Below are positions 50,795-63,436 of a stretch of 64,000 nucleotides of DNA, in pieces. The stretch is from Octopus vulgaris. Taxonomy: Eukaryota. Made by a program: the position numbers and the translations under genes. Within the stretch, counting starts at the first letter, position 1, and every line of letters starts with the position of its first letter. The DNA is taken from the NCBI GenBank assembly GCA_951406725.2, contig OX597818.1:142104001-142168000 (forward strand). Reading direction: 5' to 3'. The notes under the pieces were generated by a model. The model searched no databases, was not told the DNA's origin, and saw only the letters and a list, made by a program, of their open reading frames with translations.

Positions 50795-51811
50795 CTGTAA
50801 CAAATAAAACGTTAATTTTTTTACATTTGTAAGAGTTAGCACTTCCTTCCCTAAGCTTGGATTCGAAATCGAATCCAAGAATCATCGGTCGTCAAATACC
50901 AATGCACGTTTAGGTGCGAAAGTAAGATTCCTTTGTTCTGACAAAAAGTGATTGATCGTCTTCCTTTGACCTCCGACCTGAGCCATGTCAAGCGAAGTTC
51001 AAGTGGACGAACGATGACCTACTTAAACAGTAACTTTGTTGCGATATATCTATTTTTCTGGCTGTTTGAGATTTTATAAAAAGAAAGGGAAAAACGGCTA
51101 AAGACACAGACAATCGGAGCTGACGCTTAAGCAGACACCCCGCGTTTTTGGAGATGACTAGAGAATATGCCTACAGGTTACTGTTCTGAATGATTTACTC
51201 ACACACACACACAAACATATTCTTCTTTAATATGTATTCTGTACAAGCAATGCGTAGCATTGCTTACAAAATTTATGTAATGTAAATAAATCTCTATTTA
51301 ATCACGAAACAACTTATCATCATCATCATCATCATCGTTTAGCGTCCGCTTTCCATGCTAGCATGGGTTGGACGGTTCAACTGGGGTCTGGGAAGCCCGA
51401 AGGCTGCACCAGGCCAGTCAGATGTGGCAGTGTTTCTACAGCTGGATGCCCTTCCTAACGCCAACCACTCCGAGAGTGTAGTGGGTGATTTTATGTGCCA
51501 CCGACACAGGTGCCAGACGAGGCTGGCAGACGGCCACGCTCGGATGGTGTTTTTTATGTGCCACCGACACAGGTGCCAGACGACGCTGGCAGACGGCCAC
51601 GCTCGGATGGTGTTTTCTTATGTGTCACCGACACAGGTGCCAGACGAGGCTGGCGGACGGCCACGCTCGACACATCCACTACACATTTATCATTGCACAA
51701 TCATCATATTTCTTTTAAATTTGTATCTGTAAATAGCACCCATGAAATTGTAGTCATGGCTATTGCTGGTGCCATGTAAATGGCACCTGTGAAATTAGAG
51801 TTTGGCTGTTA

Positions 51812-54647
51812 CCGGTGTAAATAAATGGCACCCATGGATCATAGTCATAGTTATGGTTGTTGATGGTACCATGTAAACGGCACCAGTGAATCATAGTTGT
51901 TTTTATTGCTGGTGCCGTGTAAAGAGCACTCACAAATCATCGTGGTCATTACCAGTGCCATGTAAATAAATGGCACCCATGGATCATAGTCATAGTTATG
52001 GTTGTTGATGGTACCATGTAAACGGCACCAGTGAATCATAGTTGTTTTTATTGCTGGTGCCGTGTAAAGAGCACTCACAAATCATCGTGGTCATTACCGG
52101 TGCCATGTAAATAAATGGCACCCATGGATCATAGTCATAGTTATGGTTGTTGATGGTACCATGTAAATGGCACCAGTGAATCATAGTTGTTTTTATTGCT
52201 GGTGCCGTGTAAAGAGCACCCACGAATCATCATGGTCATTACCGGTGCCATGTAAATAAATGGCACCCATGGATCATAGTCATAGTTATGGTTGTTGATG
52301 GTACCATGTAAATGGCACCAGTGAATCATAGTTGTTTTTATTGCTGGTGCCGTGTAAAGAGCACCCACGAATCATCATGGTCATTACCGGTGCCATGTAA
52401 ATAAATGGCACCCATGGATCGTAGTCATAGTTATGGTTGTTGATGGTACCATGTAAACGGCACCAGTGAATCATAGTTGTTTTTATTGCTGGTGCCGTGT
52501 AAAGAGCACTCACAAATCATCATGGTCATTACCGGTGCAATGTAAATAAATGGCACCCATGGATCATAGTCATAGTTATGGTTGTTGATGGTACCATGTA
52601 AACGGCACCAGTGAATCATAGTTGTTTTTATTGCTGGTGCCGTGTAAAGAGCACCCACGAATCATCATGGTCATTACCGGTGCCATGTAAATAAATGGCA
52701 CCCATGGATCGTAGTCATAGTTATGGTTGTTGATGGTACCATGTAAATGGCACCAGTGAATCATAGTTGTTTTTATTGCTGGTGCCGTGTAAAGAGCACC
52801 CACGAATCATCATGGTCATTACCAGTGCCATGTAAATAAATGGCACCAATGGATCATAGTCGTAGTTATGGTTGTTGATGATACCATGTAAACGGCACCA
52901 GTGAATCATAGTTGTTTTTATTGCTGGTGCCGTGTAAAGAGCACCCACGAATCATCATGGTCATTACCGGTGCCATGTAAATAAATGGCACCCATGGATC
53001 GTAGTCATAGTTATGGTTGTTGATGGTACCATGTAAATGGCACCAGTGAATCATAGTTGTTTTTATTGCTGGTGCCGTGTAAAGAGCACCCACGAATCAT
53101 CATGGTCATTACCGGTGCCATGTAAATAAATGGCACCCATGGATCGTAGTCATAGTTATGGTTGTTGATGGTACCATGTAAATGGCACCAGTGAATCATA
53201 GTTGTTTTTATTGCTGATGCCGTGTAAAGAGCACCCACGAATCATCATGGTCATTACCGGTGCCATGTAAATAAATGGCACCCATGGATCGTAGTCATAG
53301 TTATGGTTGTTGATGGTACCATGTAAACGGCACCAGTGAATCATAGTTGTTTTTATTGCTGGTGCCGTGTAAAGAGCACCCACGAATCATCATGGTCATT
53401 ACCGGTGCCATGTAAATAAATGGCACCCATGGATCGTAGTCATAGTTATGGTTGTTGATGGTACCATGTAAATGGCACCAGTGAATCATAGTTGTTTTTA
53501 TTGCTGATGCCGTGTAAAGAGCACCCACGAATCATCGTGGTCATTACCGGTGCCATGTAAATAAATGGCACCCATGGATCATAGTCGTAGTTATGGTTGT
53601 TGATGATACCATGTAAACGGCACCAGTGAATCATAGTTGTTTTCATTGCTGGTGCCGTGTAAAGAGCACCCACGAATCATCGTGGTCATTACCGGTGCCA
53701 TGTAAATAAATGGCACCCATGGATCATAGTCGTAGTTATGGTTGTTGATGATACCATGTAAATGGCACCAGTGAATCATAGTTGTTTTTATTGCTGGTGC
53801 CGTGTAAAGAGCACCCACGAATCATCATGGTCATTACCGGTGCCATGTAAATAAATGGCACCCATGGATCGTAGTCATAGTTATGGTTGTTGATGGTACC
53901 ATGTAAACGGCACCAGTGAATCATAGTTGTTTTTATTGCTGGTGCCGTGTAAAGAGCACCACGAATCATCATGGTCATTACCGGTGCCATGTAAATAAAT
54001 GGCACCCATGGATCATAGTCATAGTTATGGTTGTTGATGGTACCATGTAAACGGCACCAGTGAATCATAGTTGTTTTTATTGCTGGTGCCGTGTAAAGAG
54101 CACCCACGAATCATCGTGTTCATTACCGGTGCCATGTAAATAAATGGCACCCATGGATCATAGTCATAGTTATGGTTGTTGATGGTACCATGTAAACGGC
54201 ACCAGTGAATCATAGTTGTTTTTATTGCTGGTGCCGTGTAAAGAGCACTCACAAATCATCGTGGTCATTACCGGTGCCATGTAAATAAATGGCACCCATG
54301 GATCATAGTCATAGTTATGGTTGTTGATGGTACCATGTAAACGGCACCAGTGAATCATAGTTGTTTTTATTGCTGGTGCCGTGTAAAGAGCACCCACGAA
54401 TCATCATGGTCATTACCGGTGCCATGTAAATAAATGGCACCCATGGATCGTAGTCATAGTTATGGTTGTTGATGGTACCATGTAAACGGCACCAGTGAAT
54501 CATAGTTGTTTTTATTGCTGGTGCCGTGTAAAGAGCACCCACGAATCATCATGGTCATTACCGGTGCCATGTAAATAAATGGCACCCATGGATCATAGTC
54601 ATAGTTATGGTTGTTGATGGTACAATGTAAACGGCACCAGTGAATCG
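51812..54647. repeat. 145-bp tandem satellite, ~19.5 highly similar units, each made of three related subunits (56+46+43 bp)
   Basis: ORF starts repeat every 145 bp. Each subunit opens with a GGTGCC/GGTACC...(G)GCACC inverted repeat. Diverged subunits at 51730-51811. Confidence 0.97.
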
Positions 54648-55833
54648 TACTCCTGGAGTGGTTGGCGTTAAGAAGGGCATCCAGCTGTAGAAACCTGGTG
54701 CAGCTCTCCAGCTCATCAGCTGCAGTCAAACCAAGTAACCCATGCCAGCATGGAGAGAGGATGTTAGATGGTGATGATGATGATGATCTATTAAATCATT
54801 AGTCATCACACGTTTTTTTTTTTAATGTTTGTTCTCTAAGCAAATAGGCACAGACATTGTTATGTGGTTATGATGTTTGCTTCACAACTACATAGTTTGT
54901 GACTCAGTTCCACTATGTGGCACATTGAGCAAGTGTTTCCTACTATAGCCCAAGCCAGCTGAAACCTTGTGAATGGATTTGGTACATGGAAACTGAAAGA
55001 AGCCCATCATATACATACACACACACACACACACATATATGCACCACACACACATACATATTACTCTTACTCTCTCTTACTCTTTTACTTGTTTCAGTCA
55101 TTTGACTGTGGCCATGCTGGAGCACTGCCTTTAGTCAAGCAAATTGACCCTAGGACTTATTCTTTGTAAGCCTAGTACTTATTCTATCAGTCCCTTTTGC
55201 CAAACCGCTAAGTTACAGGGACGTAAGCACACCAGCATCGGTTGTCAAGCGAAGTTGGGGGGACAAACACAGACACACAAACACTCACATATGTATACAT
55301 ATATACGACGGGCTTCTTTTCAGTTTCCGTCTACCATATCCACTCACAAGGCTTTGTTCGACCCGAGGCTATAGTAGGAGACACTTGCCCAAGGTGCCAC
55401 GCAGTGGGACTGAACCCGGAACCATGCGGCTGGTTAGCAAGCTACTTACCACACAGCCACTCCTGCACCTATATATGTATACATACATACAAATACACAC
55501 ACTTTCTGTGTATAATACATGGATATACATACACATAAATAAATAACAACAGATAGATAATGGTTCATTCACTACAACTGTTTCCAACGAGTTTTTTCAT
55601 TGATGAATAAAGATATTACATCATGTGAAAAAAATACGCTTTCATCAGGTGAAGATACAGGAATTACATGTTTCAAAAAAACATTCCAAAAATCACCAGT
55701 TTGTGCCACTATATGATTCCATGACCAGTACTAAGCTAAAGAACAAATACATACTAACATACATATGTGTATGTGTGTGTGTGCATATATATATATGTAT
55801 ATATATATATAAGTTCAGCAAAATTTAGATTCA

Positions 55834-55867
<34 letters not shown>

Positions 55868-56716
55868 CATATTTATATATGTGTGTGTGTATATACACAT
55901 GCACATATATAAAAAAAAAAAAAACCCACTCTGTTGGAACAGCCTGCACATGAAATTAATATGGTAGTAGCTGAGTACACCACAGGCACACATATCCTTA
56001 ATGTAGTTCTCAAGGAGATTCAGTGTGGCACAGAACGTGACAAGGCTGGCCCTTTGAAATACATGTTCAACTCATTTTTGCCAGCCGAGTAGACTGGAAT
56101 AACATGAAATAAAGTGTCTTGTTCCAGGATACAATGTGCTGCGAGGAATTGAACTCATGGCCTTACGATTAGGAGCTGAATACCCGAAACACCAAGGCAT
56201 GCAACTTCACACACAGATTTACATACAGACATATACACACTCCTAAGTTGACAATTTCACCTTGATTTTTTTTAATGTAGTATATCATCATCATCATCAT
56301 CATCATCATTTAGCGTCCGCTTTCCATGCTAGCATGGGTTGGACGGTTCAACTGGGGTCTGGGAAGCCAGAAGGCTGCATCATGCCCAGTCAGATCTGGC
56401 AGTGTTTCTACAGCTGGATGCCCTTCCTAACGCCAACCACTCCATGAGTGTAGTGGGTGCTTTTTACGTGCCACCCGCACAGGTACCAGACGGAGCTCGC
56501 AAACGGCCACGAACGGATGGTGCTTTTACGTGCCACCGGCACGGGAGCCAGGCGAGGCTGGCAACGGACACGAACGGATGGTGCTTTTACGTGCCACCGG
56601 CACGGGGGCCAGGCGAGGCTGGCAACGGACACGAACGGATACACACACATATATACAACATAAGAGATACCATGTGAAATAGCAACACTGTGAGCAATGG
56701 TAAAACGTATACTTAC

Positions 56717-56839
56717 ATAACCACAAGCTCGGCAGTGATGTCTGCGGCGGAAAGTGGTAAACTGGTTGCTACAGAGCATACACATACTTGCAGCGTCATC
56801 TTTAATCCATCGAGGTGCCCGTTTGCCCACATCATCATC
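56717..56839 (-). CDS. FGD: FGD-family RhoGEF exon (FYVE N-half)
   Basis: tcacag|GAT...TAT|gtaagt, 123 nt. Reads [49 protein letters not shown] and RRHHCRACG are typical of the FGD FYVE region. Confidence 0.96.
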
Positions 56840-57006
56840 CTGTGATAAAAATAAGGAAAGGGTAACAGATATTACAGTCTTTCTCCTTCATTATTTAAGC
56901 CTGCAAGGCAGTGATTCTGAAATGATATATCATGGCATAATGGTGTTCTACAAGGGGTTTCTAAATGTGCCACAGATTTTTTAAAATATATGTTAAGGCT
57001 TTAATG

Positions 57007-57355
57007 CAGGGGTTCTCAATAATTTTTGTTTTATTTATTTATGGACCCCTTTTGACTACTATTCTATTCTGGTGGACCACCATTTGACGCTTAAAAACTA
57101 GTTTTACAGATGCTTCTGTCAAAATTCCTATTTTGTTAATCATGCATTCACTTTCGTAAGTTGAATAATGTAAAATGTCAGAGGAAGAAACCTGGCTGTT
57201 TCTTACAATAAATATATCTAACTTAAAATTACTCCATGGATTCTTAATGAACTACTGTGAGTCCCCAATTTACTATTTTGCTTGCGTTGACCCACTAAAG
57301 TCTTATATGGACCCTCCCCTCTTGGGGTTGTATGGACCATGATTGAGAAATACTG
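57007..57355. mobile_element. hAT (Charlie-like) MITE with 8-bp TSD
   Basis: CTTTAATG|CAGGGGTTCTCAA...TTGAGAAATACTG|CTCTAATG. Confidence 0.8.
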
Positions 57356-57371
57356 CTCTAATGCTTCAGCA

Positions 57372-57540
57372 TCATGGAGGGAACCAGTGGTAGTAGACCC
57401 AGGAAGACATGGGATGAGGTGGTGAAGTATGATCTTTGAACTTTGGGCCTCACAGAGGCAATGACTAGTAACTGAAACCTTTGGCAATATGCTGTGCTTG
57501 AGAGGATCCGTCAAGCCAAGTGTAATCATCATTGTTGCCT
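57372..57540 (+). mobile_element. RTE LINE C-terminal fragment
   Basis: Translates as EGTSGSRPRKTWDEVVKYDL. The downstream sequence matches the 58840-58935 segment on the minus strand. Confidence 0.7.
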
Positions 57541-58466
57541 TCAGTAGGGTAAGGTGTAGCCTACTGAGCCAAGACAGGCATATTACAGGTAAGGTATAGT
57601 CAATTAACTCAGCACATGTATATTGCTGGTACTCCAACTTAGCCAGAGGTAAGAGAGGTAAAGTCAACCCCTACAATATTTTACTTCTGAAAAGGTATTT
57701 AGGGTAAATTTTAAGGAAATTCAAAATTGTTGAGGAGTTTAGAATCTAATGCTTCAGCCTTTGACATTCATCTGAGCTATAGACTCAGATTCACAAGCTA
57801 TTTTGCCAACTTGCTCTTTTTATCAGGTAGTTCTAGGTTTAACCCCACTGTGCAGTATTTTGGGCAGGTGTCTTCAACCAGAGCTTTAAATCAACCAAAA
57901 CCTTGTGTGTGAAATTTGGTTGATAGAAAGTATATGGAAGACTGTTACAAAGTATGTCACTTCTCTTGGGTGGTTGACTTATCTCGCTTTTGGTTCAACA
58001 CTACCTCTTGGCCCTCAAGTGCCTTTAGCAAAGTCAACACTGTTGCAAGTGTTTGAATCAAGTCTCCATACTGAAAATAATCTCCCTTCTTTCTCTCATC
58101 CACTCACAAGTCTTGAGGACCCTCAAACAAGTCATGGGTTTCACCTTCCTATTCCAAATAAATCATGGGAAAAGAATAAGCATCAGGTATTTTGGATAAA
58201 CTCCAGAGTCCAAAGAAACTAGCAGCAGTGTACATTGGCAATAATTAATCTACAGCAGAATTCCAAGAAATATTTGATAAGCTCAATTGCTGTAGGGAGG
58301 AATGAAAACTAACATTTTTGGGACCTTGCCTTTCCTCTGAGCTACTTAGATTCTTTAACCCTTCTATGATTTACCAACTTCCTACGTTTTTTCTTGTGTA
58401 TAATATTAAATATGTTGCTGGTTTCTAAAAGTTACAGTAATAAAAAGTTAAGAAAAATTGACTTAC

Positions 58467-58553
58467 CTCTTCAATGTACATTTTCTGTGCTTGCTCTATG
58501 GTTCGCATAGACTGTTTGCGATTATTAAAGTCATCTATTGTCAATTTTATATA
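58467..58553 (-). CDS. FGD: FGD-family RhoGEF exon (PH1 C-terminal helix and linker)
   Basis: ttctag|TAT...GAG|gtaagt, 87 nt. Reads YIKLTIDDFNNRKQSMRTIEQAQKMYIEE, in frame with the FYVE exon. Confidence 0.85.
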
Positions 58554-61034
58554 CTAGAAGCAAAATAAAAAATATATATATATTTATATAATCGAACTCA
58601 TAGTTGCATGGAAAAGCAGACGTTAAATGGTAATTTGCACTGGGCTGGCACACAGGAAAACTGTACCAGGATCCATTCTGATTTGGCTTTGGTCTTCTAT
58701 GGCTGGATACCCTTCCTAATGCCAACCACTCTGAGAGTGTAATGGGTGCTTTTATGTGCCAACGGCATGTGTGCCATTTGCATGACACCGGTATCTGCCA
58801 TGATTATGATTTTGCTCGGCTTGATGGGTCTTCTTCTCAAGCATGACATAATGCCAAAGGTCTTGGTCATTGCCTCTGTGAGACCCAACACTCAAAAGGA
58901 GCTTGGCCACATTGGCTCCATGAGGCCCAACACTTGAAAGGAACTCAGCCACTTTGTCTCCAAGCACCCAGGAGCTCAGCCACTTTGCCTCCATGAGGCC
59001 CTGAATTTAAAAAAAAAATTAAAGTCTGTCTCAAGCCTGCAGAATCAGGCAGGAGCTTATTTCAGTTTCTAAAGCACATAAGCAACTGAAAGGGACACCA
59101 AACCATGTCAGTTATTGCTGGTACTTATTTTCAGCTGAGTGGACTGAGGTAACAGAAAATGAAATGCCAGGCATTATCCACAAAGCATTGGTCAACATTG
59201 ATGTTACGATAGAAGACACTTTCCCAGTGTTCCATGCAATGGGATTGAACTTGAAGCCACCTGGTTGTGAAATCAATTTCTTATCCACACGACCATGCCA
59301 GCACCTTGCTGTCAAGATAAAGCATGAATAATTCAAAACAATGTGAATAAATAAGCATCACATCTGACAGAATAATCTGAAAGCTAAAGAGTTGAACCTA
59401 TTGCCATAAAGAGAACAGTTCCAACGACAGGAAAATGTTTAACAATAGTAGCTCATCTCAACATGATAAAAATACAAATGTAAAGTTCTTTCCCAAGCAA
59501 TGTAGACTCATGGGGGCAGTTTCCCAGTTTCCATGGTGTATATATTCTCCTCCTAGATGGGATGCCAGTCCGTCTAAGGATTACTTATTTTTGCCAGCTG
59601 AGTGAAGTGAAGCAACATGAAATGAAGTGTTTTGCTCAAGAACACAATGTGTCAGCCAGTCCAGGAATCGAAACCACAATCTTACGATCATGAGTCCAAC
59701 ACTCTTACTACTAAGCCATGCACCTCCATGCTTCGACATGATAAGGGTATCAAAATTAAAGGACAACATGAAATGATGAGGCAATATATAAAGTACGTTC
59801 ATAGAAACTGATTGCTTACTGTGGGAGAAACCACCACTGCATATGTTGCATTGAATGTTGAAGATCTTGGCAAGACACCTATTGCTGATGTTGTGTGGCC
59901 CTGATCAAGCAGGCTAATAGTCACTGGCAATTCAGCTACGACCATCTTAATTATTTGTTTATCTGTGCAGGTGGCACATAAAAAGCACCATTTGAACGTG
60001 GTCATTGCCAGTACCGCCTGACTGGCCCTTGTGCCGATGGCAAGTAAAAGCACCCACTGCATTCTCAGAGTGGTTGGTGTTAGGAAGGGCATCCAGCTGT
60101 AGAAACTCTGCCAGATCAGATTGGAGTCTGGTGCAGCCATCTGGTTCACCAGACCTCAGTCAAATCGTCCAACCCATGCTAGCATGGAAAGTGAACATTA
60201 AACGATAATGATGATGATGATGACTACATTATGCCATGTATCTTCCATTTTCCAAAGAAAACAAGGTGTGATTTAAGAGATATTTTGTTGCTATATTTAG
60301 CACGACAGTTAATTCTGCTTGGTTAAGGGCATCAAGTCTATTTTAAAAAACATTTCAGTTTCACATCTGTTTTCCTATGGTAGAATAGCTTATATCAGTA
60401 GTACTAAAACAGTGCACCACAAGAGGTATCTAAGTGCACTGCAGGTTTTAAAGATTACATTATACAAGGCTTCAGAAAATTCATACTAATAGTTAAGTAT
60501 TTTGCAAAACAAGTTATTTATAATTTTGTTATAAATAAATAGGCATGGCTGCGTGATAAGAAACTTGCTTCCCAACCACATGGTTCCGGGTTCAGTCTCA
60601 CTGTGTGGCACACTGGGTAAGTGTCTTCAACTATAGCTTCAGGCTGAGCAAAGCCTTGTGAGTTGATTTGGCAGACGGAAACTGAACGGAGCCCATTGTG
60701 TGTATATATGTGTGTGTAAGTGTGTATGTGAGTGTGTGTGTGTCTTTGTGTCTGTGTTTGTGTACCCCCATTCCTTCCCCCATAATCACATGACAACCAG
60801 TATTAGTGCGTTTGAATGTCCACAACTTAGCGGTTTGACAAAGAGACCAATAGAATAAGTACTAGGGTTTAAAAATAAGTCCCAGGGTTGATTTGTACAA
60901 CTAAAACCTTTCAAGGTGGTGCTCCAGCATGGCCACAGTCAAATGACTGAAACAAGTAAAAGAATAAAAGTATGACTAATAAGACAAGGTAACTAACAGC
61001 TTTTGCGATAATGATGAAATGGTAATATACTTAC

Positions 61035-61068
61035 ACAGAACCAACAGTTCGGATCATCTATATGACCA
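61035..61068 (-). CDS. FGD: FGD-family RhoGEF 34-nt micro-exon (PH1 conserved Trp)
   Basis: ttccag|T GGT CAT ATA GAT GAT CCG AAC TGT TGG TTC TGT|gtaagt. Only one open frame, which ends in phase 0 and gives WFC|YIKLTI, the PH-domain WxxxIxxxI helix. Confidence 0.72.
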
Positions 61069-61861
61069 CTGGAATGAAATAGAAAACATCTTTTGTATTA
61101 GTACAGAGATAACATAACATTTTCATGTAACTTCATACACACTCAAATCCATATATACATACATTATATATGTGTGTATATATATGTATATATAGTATAG
61201 GTAGTTAGAGTAAATCTCAGCTGTTTCCTCTTGAAGTATGTCTAACACGTAAAACTTTGTAATTCCTATTAGCAAATGAAACATCTGTAATGGTGAATGA
61301 ATACCAAAAATTCCCAATTTCTTTTGTTATATCAGCTGAAATAGTGAGGATAATCTGGTGTTTGACTGAGGATAGAGGGTTTCGAATGACTTATACTTGT
61401 TTTCTTTGTATCGTCTATCTGGATGTTATGTTGTCCCTTTTTGTATCACCTAGCTGTCCGGATGTTTTGCGTTCTTGTCCCATTTTGCATTTGATATAGA
61501 TATATATATATATATATATACAAAAGTATTTATAATCCATATATACATACATAACCTACACATGCATGCATACATACATACATACATACATGCATGCATG
61601 CATGCGTACTCTCTACTTATATATATAACCTATACATATATCACCATCATTTGACATCCACTTTCCTATGTTTGCCTGGGTCAGAAAGAATTTGTCGAAG
61701 TAGATACCTTTCGCATTACTTACTCCCACTTGTTTCTAAGCAAAGTAATATTCCTCCATGGCTGCACATATTTTCATAGAAGATCGGAAATGAATGAACA
61801 GCATTGCTTGTATGATTATGATGCTCATTTACAACCATCATATGATGCCAAAATAGAGTAT

Positions 61862-61897
<36 letters not shown>

Positions 61898-62178
61898 TAA
61901 AGTTATGTAAGAGCAGAATTCATTCTTTGTCTGATACTTGTGTATGACAAGCCTACTTTCAGTTTCGGTATAACAAATCCACTCACAAGGCTTTGGTTGG
62001 CCTGGGGCTATAGAAGACACTTGTCCAGAGATACCACATAATGGGACAGAACTTCAGACCAAATGGCTGGGAACCAAGCTTTTCAACCTCATGATCATAC
62101 TTGTGCCTAGACACGCATACACAGCCTATACATACATACATGCATATTTACATACACCATACATACAAAACCTATATA

Positions 62179-63048
62179 CTGGGTTGAGGAATAATTCATG
62201 AGTGTTTTTTCCCAAATTCAAAAATCCACCCAGAAATAAAATACATTGACAAAATGTTTCATGTTATTCGAAAGAGAATTTTTTGCCCTACAAGATTTTG
62301 ATCATTAATTTTATTGATTTTTGTGTATCTTCAGATCATTAACATGGAACATCAAATGGACAAAATTGAGCATTTTCGACACAATTTGCTTTTTGCATTT
62401 AATCGACGTGTTAAGCCTGCCGAAGCTGCTCATGAGATTTGTACTGTGTATGGAAAAGGAGCAATGCCTCAAAGTACCACCAGCTGTTGGTTTTACAGGC
62501 TTCAAAAATGGGAATTTTGACCTCAAGGACAGATCACACACCAGTCGACCATTTGAGTTCAATGAACCTTAACCATTGAGTGAAGGTGGTTCACCACTGT
62601 TTTTTTTATCACAAGCCACCTTCTTCACCAATTTTCAGGTTGTTTAACATGGATTTTCCAGAAGACATTGATTCAATTGCACTTCATCATACTCAATTGG
62701 TCAACAGGTGTGTGATCTGTCCTTGAGGTCAGAATTCTCATTTCTGAAGCATAAAACCCAATGGTGAGCCGTACTTTGAGGTACTGCTCCTTCTCCATAC
62801 ACAGCACAAATGTCATGAACCACTTCAAAAATCAAATAGTGTAGAAAAAGCTTAGTTTTGTCCACTTGATATTCCATTTTAATGATCTGAAAATACACAA
62901 AAATCAATAAAATTAAAAAATCAAACCACACTATCTTGTAGAGCAAAAAATTCTCTTTCGATTAACATAAAACATTTAGCCAATGCATTTTAATTCTGCA
63001 TGCATTTTTAAATTTGAAAAATCGTTCATGAATTATTCTTCAGCCCAA
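62179..63048. mobile_element. Fold-back mariner derivative made of two inverted 5' halves
   Basis: TA|CTGGGTTGAGGAATAATTCATGA...TCATGAATTATTCTTCAGCCCAA|TA. Both arms encode the transposase N-terminus (MEHQMDKIEHFRH.. / MEYQVDKTK..ICAVYGEGAVPQST). Confidence 0.85.
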
Positions 63049-63059
63049 TATATTCATGC

Positions 63060-63102
<43 letters not shown>

Positions 63103-63112
<10 letters not shown>

Positions 63113-63194
63113 ATATGTTACAAGTATTCAATAGTCAAGATAAAACTCAGAGTTTTATCTTGACTATTGAATAATTGTAACATACTATTTTATA
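63103..63194. repeat. Fold-back: ~45-bp inverted arms with 1-nt centre, in (TA)n
   Basis: ...tattcaatagtcaagataaaactc-a-gagttttatcttgactattgaata... Confidence 0.9.
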
Positions 63195-63260
63195 GATAAA
63201 TTTCCTCTATTTATATAATATTGAGGTCTCTTTCTTTCTTTTGTTATCTTACCGTTTTTA

Positions 63261-63297
<37 letters not shown>

Positions 63298-63403
63298 AAT
63301 TCAGATAAACAACCAATTCAAATAAACAAATAATAAGATTAACAGACAACAAGAGGACATGCACAGGGAATGTATTAGCTTGACACTTGGTAAAAACAGA
63401 GAG

Positions 63404-63436
63404 CTTGATGTTTCAAGCAAAGCTCTTTGTCAGAAA
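63404..63436 (-). ncRNA. Decayed minimal hammerhead motif in a Penelope-like relic (about 63294-63485)
   Basis: Minus strand: ttt CTGACAA a-gagc-ttt-gctt GAAA ca TC aag. Reverting three CpG-type transitions gives CTGACGA..gctc GAAA cg TC. Confidence 0.55.

Noticed and set aside
51812-54647. CRISPR array (palindromic repeats with spacers)
   Set aside because: The spacers themselves repeat every 145 bp, there are no cas genes, and the context is a eukaryotic intron. It is a satellite.
51851-54729. Tandem family of 75-aa peptide genes
   Set aside because: The ORFs overlap and simply mirror the 145-bp period (not a multiple of 3). No splice signals or domain features.
59820-59878. Possible extra FGD exon (caatag|...CCCACA|gtaagc on the minus strand)
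   Set aside because: 59 nt would break the frame between two phase-0 junctions, the pyrimidine tract is weak, and the peptide does not resemble FGD.
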